Below are positions 57,615-64,000 of a DNA stretch of 64,000 bases, one piece after another; position 1 is the stretch's first letter, and every line of letters starts with the position of its first letter. Both the position numbers and the translations under genes were made by a program. This DNA comes from Terriglobales bacterium (GTDB taxonomy: Bacteria; Acidobacteriota; Terriglobia; Terriglobales; Acidobacteriaceae). A model generated the notes under the pieces. The model ran no database searches. It was not told the origin of the DNA and saw nothing but the letters and a program-made list of their open reading frames with translations. The stretch is from assembly GCA_050746025.1 (NCBI GenBank), contig JBOGLH010000002.1, positions 4,473-68,472 of the forward strand, read 5' to 3'.

Positions 57615-59316
57615 CGACGCCGCTTCACCTATATTAGTCACGGGCTCGTCAACGCGCCCCGACGAACGCGCGAAGTCCGATCTCTGGATTTTTCGCGACG
57701 GATGCCGCGAGGTATCAGGACGTACTGTAGTGCGCGACCTGACAAAAAGGCTTGCCTCTCAGACTTCGCTCATTGATGCCTTGATAGAGGCAGGCGAGTT
57801 GGAAGCGGCCCTGGCGGATCTGAACGCGCCCGGAGCTTCTGCGGCGGCTGCCCTCACTGACACTCTGGCTCTCCGTCTGTTCGGCGGAATTCAGGTTGAG
57901 CAAGCGGAACTTGAGCGGCGGGCGGCACGTATTGAGGTTCCGCAAACAATCAGCATCTCTGCGCCTGAGGGCTTCGCCTATTACGCGCTGCATCCTTCCG
58001 ACTATGCCCGCGTAGTGAAACAAATTGCCTCGGCATCAAAAAACTTTGCGGTGATTGGCATACGGAGCATAGGCACCACGCTCAGCGCGGTGACCGCTGC
58101 GGCATTGAACGCTGAGGGCCGACCCGCAGAGAGGATCACCGTAAGGCCTACGGGGCATCCTTATGCACGTACCGTCCAGTTTTCTCCGGAGCATGAACGC
58201 TGGATTTTGGCACAGTCGGCGCGATCAGCAGATTTTTTAGTGGTCGACGAAGGGCCGGGCCGGAGCGGATCGACGTTTCTCTCCGTGGCTGAGGCACTGA
58301 TGCGGATGAAAGTGCCGCAAGCATGCATCACCGCTGTCGGCAGCCGCGAATTTGATCCGGAAGATTTGTGCGCCGAGGATGCTGCCACGCGATGGCGCTC
58401 TGTAGGTTTCACATCTACGGCGTCGTCAATTGACAGCCGTTTTCAGAGTTTTCCTTATCTCGGCGGCGGCGACTGGAGAATGCATTCATTCGATAACGAG
58501 GAAGACTGGCCGGAGAGCTGGACGCAAATGGAGCGGATCAAGTTTCTTTCGCCGGACCGCCGTCAATTTTTCAAGTTCGAAGGAATGGGGCCGCGCGGTA
58601 TCGAAGTGCGCGAGCGCGCTTTTATTCTCGCCGAAAACGGCTTCTCGCCTTCTGTTTCTGACGCAGGAGATGGATTCCTCTGCTATCAGAGCATTGAGGG
58701 ACGCAAACTTCGTAAACAAGATGTGCGCGCTTCCGTGCTGGAGCGAATCGCACAATACTGCTCGTTTCGCGTTTCTAACTTCACTTACGCCTCGCCTTTT
58801 AACTCAGAGCTCGCAAACATGCTCAAGTTCAATGTACAACAGGAATTCGGACGTGAAGTCAGATTTGACCCAGAGCTGCTCGGCAGCACAAGTCCAGTTT
58901 TGGTTGACGGCCGCATGCAGCCGTTTGAATGGATTGCCTCGCCCCAGGGTGAGTTGCTGAAAACTGACGCGATCAGCCACGGTGATAATCACTTCTTCCC
59001 GGGCCCGTGTGACATCACATGGGACTTGGCGGGAGCAATCGTCGAATGGGACCTATCTGTCGCAGCAGCTGAGTTTCTCCTACGAAGGTTCAAGCAACTC
59101 TCAAGCATTGATGTGACGCAAAAGCTCGACGCGTATATGCTGGCATATTGCGTATTTCGACTGGGATTTTGCAAAATGGCTGCATCCACGGTTTTGGGAT
59201 CTCCAGAGGAATCACGGCTGGAAATTGCATATCGTTGGTATCGTTCCAAGGCGGCAAAGCTGCTCGATGCGGTAACCGAGCATGGGAATTTTTCTCGCGC
59301 GACGGTTGCAACCTGA
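57589..59316 (+). CDS. Unknown 575-aa protein, with a possible phosphoribosyltransferase-like central region and a kinase-like (APH/ChoK-type) C-terminal region
   Basis: The start overlaps the tamB stop by 26 nt. FLVVDEGPGRSGSTF resembles a PRPP-loop. ISHGDNHFFPGPCDITWDLAG resembles an HxDxxxxN...D kinase core. Both resemblances are weak and judged by eye only. Confidence 0.45.
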   Translation: MAGSTQISSDAASPILVTGSSTRPDERAKSDLWIFRDGCREVSGRTVVRDLTKRLASQTSLIDALIEAGELEAALADLNAPGASAAAALTDTLALRLFGGIQVEQAELERRAARIEVPQTISISAPEGFAYYALHPSDYARVVKQIASASKNFAVIGIRSIGTTLSAVTAAALNAEGRPAERITVRPTGHPYARTVQFSPEHERWILAQSARSADFLVVDEGPGRSGSTFLSVAEALMRMKVPQACITAVGSREFDPEDLCAEDAATRWRSVGFTSTASSIDSRFQSFPYLGGGDWRMHSFDNEEDWPESWTQMERIKFLSPDRRQFFKFEGMGPRGIEVRERAFILAENGFSPSVSDAGDGFLCYQSIEGRKLRKQDVRASVLERIAQYCSFRVSNFTYASPFNSELANMLKFNVQQEFGREVRFDPELLGSTSPVLVDGRMQPFEWIASPQGELLKTDAISHGDNHFFPGPCDITWDLAGAIVEWDLSVAAAEFLLRRFKQLSSIDVTQKLDAYMLAYCVFRLGFCKMAASTVLGSPEESRLEIAYRWYRSKAAKLLDAVTEHGNFSRATVAT

Positions 59317-59370
59317 GCAGAATTTTGCGTAGAAACAATGTATGCTAACTTGTTCACATTCGGTTAACAC

Positions 59371-59802
59371 ATGACTAGCACAGCAGCACAATCGAATCCG
59401 ATACGAATTCTAGTGGCAGACGATCACGAGGTAATGCGCCTAGGGATTCGTAACTTGCTGGAGTCGGTCCCCAATTGGACTGTTTCAGATGAAGCAGGAA
59501 CCGGGCGGGAAGCCGTTGACCTGGCGCTTCAGTCTTCCCCCGATATCATCATTATGGACATTACGATGCCCGAGATGAATGGCTTCGAAGCTGCCTCGGA
59601 GATTGCTCAACGCCGTCCAGATATTCCAGTCATCATGTTTTCGCTTCATCTTTCAGAAGACATCGTGGCGCGCTTCAAGACCGGGCCGATCCGAGGAGCA
59701 GTTTCAAAAAGCGAAGCCGCCCGCGATCTGCTCGACGCTGTACGCTCGGTACTCAGCGGCGGCACCTTCTTCCCGCGGCAGAATGCTCCGGCCACCCCCT
59801 AG
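59371..59802 (+). CDS. NarL-type receiver domain protein without an output domain
   Basis: IRILVADDHEVMRLGIRNLL...IIIMDITMPEMNGFEA...PVIMFSLH. It ends after the receiver (143 aa). Confidence 0.8.
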   Translation: MTSTAAQSNPIRILVADDHEVMRLGIRNLLESVPNWTVSDEAGTGREAVDLALQSSPDIIIMDITMPEMNGFEAASEIAQRRPDIPVIMFSLHLSEDIVARFKTGPIRGAVSKSEAARDLLDAVRSVLSGGTFFPRQNAPATP

Positions 59803-59931
59803 GATTTCCCTTCCAATTTCACTTAGGATTTTCCGCATCTTTGACGAACGTAATACATACTTAACCTGATTTTATCGGCCCGGTATTTCGTGCGATAAAC
59901 ACAGAGTCAGTTAATTCAGCAAGGCTCTTTT

Positions 59932-60153
59932 ATGACTTCCCATTGCGCGAATCCAGATTGTGCGGTTCCCCTCAGGTCGCTAAGGGACGGTCGCCTATAT
60001 CAATTTGAAGTGCGTCCGCAGTCGCCGAAAGAACCCGCCAAATCCTCACGTAGTCTTTCCCACTTCTGGTTGTGCGGAGAATGCTCGTCGAAACTCACCT
60101 TGATTTTCGATCAACTCAAAGCGGTTGTCGTGAAACCTAGCGTCGCCGCCTGA
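59932..60153 (+). CDS. Small Cys4 zinc-ribbon-like protein (73 aa)
   Basis: C-x4-C (CANPDC) near the N-terminus and FWLCGEC (C-x2-C) about 45 aa later. Confidence 0.5.
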   Translation: MTSHCANPDCAVPLRSLRDGRLYQFEVRPQSPKEPAKSSRSLSHFWLCGECSSKLTLIFDQLKAVVVKPSVAA

Positions 60154-60280
60154 TTATCAACCTTACGGCAAAACCCTCAACAAATTAGTAATTTGGTTAA
60201 GATGCGAATACGTGTGGTGCCACCACGAGGTGTCGAGCTTAGAAACTGATATTTGAGACGGGAAACAGAAAGAAATTTAG

Positions 60281-60338
60281 GGAGGTGGCAGGCGCTAGTA
60301 CAAAGGGGAGGTACGACCAACGCCTGCCTTCCGTCTCC
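60281..60338 (+). other. Stem-loop in the long GH15 leader
   Basis: GGCAGGCG(60287-60294) pairs with CGCCTGCC(60321-60328), with flanking GGAG/CTCC pairing. Confidence 0.4.
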
Positions 60339-60348
60339 TTCGCGTTGG

Positions 60349-60484
60349 GGCTGAATGTATGTTTAATTGAGTAGCGAACCACATGGCTATCAGGTAAATA
60401 CTGTATTTTTCACTTCGCAGGCATTGCTCTGAACAGGCAAAGCTTAGCCTAATGTTTGCATCAATTTACATTCAGCCATTTTTT
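60349..60484 (+). other. Long-range 17-bp stem enclosing ~90 nt and followed by a T-run, ending 14 nt before the GH15 start codon (candidate attenuator or cis-regulatory RNA)
   Basis: GGCTGAATGTA(60349-60359) plus AATTGA(60365-60370) pairs with TCAATT(60461-60466) plus TACATTCAGCC(60467-60477), followed by ATTTTTTG. Confidence 0.35.
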
Positions 60485-60498
60485 GAATCGCCTTATTC

Positions 60499-62388
60499 AT
60501 GGCAATCAAGGAACCTGCTTCCAGCCTCATCGCGTCGAGATCCTATCCTGATATTGGGGACTATGCTGTTATCGGCGATTGCCGTACGGCTGCACTGATC
60601 TCTAAGTATGGCTGCATAGATTGGCTCTGCTGGCCTCGCTTTGATTCACCTTCCATTTTTGCAGCGCTTCTCGACCGCGAACGTGGAGGATATTGGAAAA
60701 TCGCTCCTGCTGGGCCTTCTTCTGTCCAGCGCGAATACCTTGAAGGCTCTAACGTTCTCCAAACAAGATTTCAAACCTCCTCCGGCACCGCTGCGCTACT
60801 CGACCTGATGCCGGTCAGAGACACAACCCAGGCCGTCATGGTTCCTGACCATGAGATTATTCGCCAAATTGCCTGCACTACCGGCGAGGTGGAGATCGAA
60901 ATTGACCTTGTGCCGCGAGGTGATTATGGGGAAAGAATTCCTCCGATTCGCGATTTCGGCAAGTTGGGCATGCGAATCGAGAATGGCCACGGAGTGTACT
61001 GGCTGCGCAGCCCCATTTCGCTGAGGATCAAAGATTCGGCGGTGTGCGGGAAGGCCAGCTTGACTGCCGGGGAAACCCTGATTTTTTCCTTCAGCTACAC
61101 GGAAAATGGGCCCGCGGTGCTGCCCCTGCTGGAACAAGTCCCGCGGCGCGTCGAGACCTGCACGAAGTGGTGGCAGGGCTGGACTGCGCAAGGCCAGTAT
61201 GACGGCGACTTCCGCGATGAGGTCATGCGCAGCGCGCTCGCGCTGAAGCTGATGATTTTTGCTCCTTCGGGCGCTATCGTCGCCGCTCCCACTACCTCCC
61301 TTCCCGAACGTATTGGCGGCGACCTTAATTGGGACTATCGCTACTGCTGGCTGCGGGATGCGTCGCTTACGATCCGCACGCTGATTGAGCTTGGGTTTTG
61401 GGTGGAGGCGACCACTTTTTTGGACTGGTTGTTGCACGCGACCCGGCTCACTCAACCTGAATTGAGAATTATTTACACCCTTTATGGAAATCGTCCACCC
61501 AAAGAGCGGGAGTCCAAAATTCTCAGAGGATATCGCGGCTCCGGGCCGGTGCGCATCGGCAACGCTGCTCGCGATCAAGTGCAGCTTGATGTTTACGGAG
61601 AGGTCGTGGATGCCGCCGCCCAGTTCGCATTTCACGGTGGTGAGCTGGATCGCGAGATGCAAAAGGTGTTGGTCGGCTTTGGAGACTATGTGGTCAAGCA
61701 TTGGGACGCACCTGACCAGGGAATATGGGAGCCTCGCACCGAACCACGGAATCATACTCATTCGCGGCTGCTCTGCTGGACTGCGCTCGATCGGCTCATC
61801 ACACTCCATGAAAAAGGAAAGCTAAAACACATACCGCTCGACCAATACAAAAAGCAGGCCGAAGCCATCCGCCAGCAAATTCAGCAACGCGCATGGAATC
61901 AAAAATTGCAGAGCTATGTAAGCGAACTGGACGGAGAGAAAGTAGATTCCAGCCTGCTGCTACTCTCGTGGTACGGCTTTGAAAAACCCGATGGACCCAG
62001 AATGCACGCCACTTACCGCAGATTACGCGAACGTTTGAGTACACCGGAAGGACTGCTCTATCGCTCAGAAGATCTGCCATCGGAGGGCACATTCGCGATT
62101 TGCAGTTTTTGGGAGGCCGAGTATCTCGCGCTCGGAGGTGGTACAACTCAACAGACCCGCGATCTGATGAAGACGCTCACCAAACATCGAAATGATCTGG
62201 GACTTTACGGCGAAGAGATCGATGGAAATACAGGCCAGGCGCTTGGCAATTTTCCACAAGCATTCACTCACGTCGGTTACATCGGCGCTGCGCTTTCGCT
62301 GATTCAACGTGAAAAAGGTGAACAGCAGTTGGGGCATAGGCCAGAAAGCGCGACCCCGCAATCATCGCATCCAAAGCAGGAAGCATGA
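60499..62388 (+). CDS. Glycoside hydrolase family 15 (glucoamylase/trehalase-type)
   Basis: DYAVIGDCRTAALISKYGCIDWLCWPRFDSPSIFAALLD...NWDYRYCWLRDAS...YGEEID are typical bacterial GH15 motifs. Confidence 0.88.
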   Translation: MAIKEPASSLIASRSYPDIGDYAVIGDCRTAALISKYGCIDWLCWPRFDSPSIFAALLDRERGGYWKIAPAGPSSVQREYLEGSNVLQTRFQTSSGTAALLDLMPVRDTTQAVMVPDHEIIRQIACTTGEVEIEIDLVPRGDYGERIPPIRDFGKLGMRIENGHGVYWLRSPISLRIKDSAVCGKASLTAGETLIFSFSYTENGPAVLPLLEQVPRRVETCTKWWQGWTAQGQYDGDFRDEVMRSALALKLMIFAPSGAIVAAPTTSLPERIGGDLNWDYRYCWLRDASLTIRTLIELGFWVEATTFLDWLLHATRLTQPELRIIYTLYGNRPPKERESKILRGYRGSGPVRIGNAARDQVQLDVYGEVVDAAAQFAFHGGELDREMQKVLVGFGDYVVKHWDAPDQGIWEPRTEPRNHTHSRLLCWTALDRLITLHEKGKLKHIPLDQYKKQAEAIRQQIQQRAWNQKLQSYVSELDGEKVDSSLLLLSWYGFEKPDGPRMHATYRRLRERLSTPEGLLYRSEDLPSEGTFAICSFWEAEYLALGGGTTQQTRDLMKTLTKHRNDLGLYGEEIDGNTGQALGNFPQAFTHVGYIGAALSLIQREKGEQQLGHRPESATPQSSHPKQEA

Positions 62389-62861
62389 ACTGGGAAAGCT
62401 GGATTCTTTCGGGATTTATCGCTACGCTGGCGCTTTCCGCTCTACTGGCGGGCAGCCAAGGGATTCGCTTGACCCGCATGAACGTTCCCTACATGCTGGG
62501 CACAATCATCACTCCCGAACGCGAGCGCGCCAGACTGTACGGCTTTTTTGCCCATCTGCTGAACGGGTGGGTTTTCTCATTTTTTTACATTTACATCTTC
62601 GAAGCCCGCCATATGGTGAATTGGTGGTTCGGACTTCTGATCGGGCTGGCGCATGCTGTAGTGCTACTCACGGTTGGTATGTCGCTCCTCCCGAGTATTC
62701 ACCCGCGGATGGCGAGCGAGCGGAAGGGGCCCACCGCGCGCCGACAACTCGAGCCGCCCGGATTTATGGCCCTCAATTACGGCTATCGAACCCCGATTTC
62801 AATTTTCTTTGCCCACGCGGCCTTTGGTGCGATACTTGGGTCGCTTTATCACTTGCACTAA
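62385..62861 (+). CDS. Hypothetical polytopic membrane protein, translationally coupled to GH15
   Basis: ATGA overlap with the GH15 gene. About four hydrophobic segments. No family was recognised. Confidence 0.5.
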   Translation: MNWESWILSGFIATLALSALLAGSQGIRLTRMNVPYMLGTIITPERERARLYGFFAHLLNGWVFSFFYIYIFEARHMVNWWFGLLIGLAHAVVLLTVGMSLLPSIHPRMASERKGPTARRQLEPPGFMALNYGYRTPISIFFAHAAFGAILGSLYHLH

Positions 62862-62922
62862 TACAACCGCACCCCACTAGGGTCCATCCGATGGTTAAGA
62901 ACTCGAAAACGGAGAAGCGTCT

Positions 62923-64000
62923 ATGAACCCATTGCGAGCAGTTGAGGCCTTGGGCCAGTCAATCTGGCTTGATTACATGCGGCGCGATTTGATAACGACC
63001 GGAAGACTTCAGCAAATGATCGATGAAGACGGGATCAGCGGGATAACCAGCAATCCCACAATCTTCGAAAAAGCGATTTCCGCTGGCAGCGATTATGATT
63101 CTGCGATTCAGAGAATTCTGAACGAATCGCCGGAGATTGGTTCCGCAACTCTGTTCGAGCACCTGGAAGTGGAAGACATCCGCATGGCGGCGGACGTTTT
63201 GCGGCCAACTTACGAACATACCGAAAGGACCGACGGTTTTGTCAGTATCGAGGTCAATCCGCACTTGGCGTACGACACCGACGCCAGCGTAGCCGAAGCA
63301 CAGCGTCTTTGGAACGAAATTGATCGGCCCAACGTTATGGTAAAAATTCCCGCCACGATTGAAGGAATTCCGGCCATTGAGCAATTGATAGCCAATGGCA
63401 TCAATGTGAACGTGACGTTAATGTTTTCCGTGAGCCAATACGATGACGTCTCGCGAGCTTACTTGAGAGGAATTGAGCGGACTCGCGATCCGGAGGAAGT
63501 CGCGTCGGTCGCATCGTTTTTTGTAAGCCGCGTCGATACCGCCGTGGACAAGGCTTTGGAGGACAGCGGGGCTCCGGAGGCGCTTGAACTGCGTGGAAAA
63601 TCCGGCATAGCGAATGCCAGGCTCGCCTACTTTAGGTTCCGCGAAGTATTTTTCGGGAATGAAGTTAAGAAACTGGAAGGCAAGAAAGTCCGGGTGCAGC
63701 GGCCGCTGTGGGCGAGTACGAGCACAAAAAACAAATCCTACTCAGACGTGCTCTACATTGAAAGTCTGATAGGCAAAGACACCATCAACTCAGTTCCGCC
63801 CGAGACGTTGCAGGCCTTCCGCGACCACGGGCGCGCAACACTCGCCCTCCCGGGAGACGAGCGCGAGGCAGAAGAAGTGATTGGCAGACTACAAGCTATG
63901 GAGATCAATATGCGCTCGATAGGTATGGAACTGACCGAAGAGGGTGTGGAGAAGTTTGAGAAATCGTACGACAATCTGATCGCCTCGCTTGATCAAAAGA
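62923..64000 (+). CDS. tal: Transaldolase (long, actinobacterial/type-2-like form), 3'-truncated by the window edge
   Basis: Not in the ORF track because there is no stop in the window. GGAGAA RBS. The sequence reads MNPLRAVEALGQSIWLDYMRRDLI...ISGITSNPTIFEKAI...FVSIEVNPHLAYD...VMVKIPAT...NVNVTLMFS. Confidence 0.88.
   Translation, partial: MNPLRAVEALGQSIWLDYMRRDLITTGRLQQMIDEDGISGITSNPTIFEKAISAGSDYDSAIQRILNESPEIGSATLFEHLEVEDIRMAADVLRPTYEHTERTDGFVSIEVNPHLAYDTDASVAEAQRLWNEIDRPNVMVKIPATIEGIPAIEQLIANGINVNVTLMFSVSQYDDVSRAYLRGIERTRDPEEVASVASFFVSRVDTAVDKALEDSGAPEALELRGKSGIANARLAYFRFREVFFGNEVKKLEGKKVRVQRPLWASTSTKNKSYSDVLYIESLIGKDTINSVPPETLQAFRDHGRATLALPGDEREAEEVIGRLQAMEINMRSIGMELTEEGVEKFEKSYDNLIASLDQK

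Noticed and set aside
56820-57641. 273-aa ORF on the minus strand
   Set aside because: It is antisense to the conserved C-terminal (DUF490-like) part of tamB and is a shadow ORF.
60796-61809. 337-aa ORF on the minus strand
   Set aside because: It is antisense to the GH15 CDS. It has no recognisable motifs and is a shadow ORF.

Overview
This is a densely coding, moderately GC-rich bacterial chromosomal window with about 60 CDS. Gene content suggests a Gram-negative soil bacterium. My guess is Acidobacteriota, based only on the flavour of the proteins and on an intergenic inverted repeat built from CACGAAGG units; this is not verified.

I found no rRNA, tRNA, CRISPR array, transposase, integrase or phage genes.

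Main contents, in order:
- an AsmA-like protein
- a tetrapyrrole operon (hemX-like, hemA, hemC, paiB-like, hemD)
- an S9 peptidase and a lactonase lipoprotein
- a CpxA/CpxR/CpxP-like envelope-stress module with a perfect GTAAA-N5-GTAAA box
- an ABC exporter and a methyltransferase / FAD-oxidoreductase / methyltransferase trio
- bactofilin, menC-like, mazG
- alpha-glucan genes (glgB, GH57, GH15)
- eno, gpmI and a 2-hydroxyacid dehydrogenase
- a fused LptF-LptG permease
- nth, DinB, DedA, a SPOR protein, and an NfeD/stomatin pair
- NDH-2
- an islet of small stress-type proteins
- a five-gene translationally coupled sugar-modification operon
- a BamA-family/TamB pair with an overlapping unknown gene
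- two orphan receiver proteins, and a 3'-truncated transaldolase

Most notable observations:
1. A thioredoxin-fold peroxiredoxin-like gene appears split in the ORF track but is one frame. Its single in-frame TGA sits exactly at the first position of a U-x-x-C redox motif, and a stem-loop lies just downstream. It is probably a selenoprotein.
2. A GT / nucleotidyltransferase / PIG-L deacetylase / GT4 / FemAB-like GNAT operon follows mycothiol- or bacillithiol-like chemical logic and has no polymer-export genes.
3. A Cpx-type system with an E. coli-type CpxR box lies in what looks like a non-proteobacterial genome.
4. An unknown 575-aa protein is translationally coupled to tamB.
5. Two copies of a structured inverted-repeat element are present.
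6. Two conserved small membrane-protein genes fall below the ORF-track length cutoff.

All family assignments come from reading the translated sequences and from memory. No database search was run.
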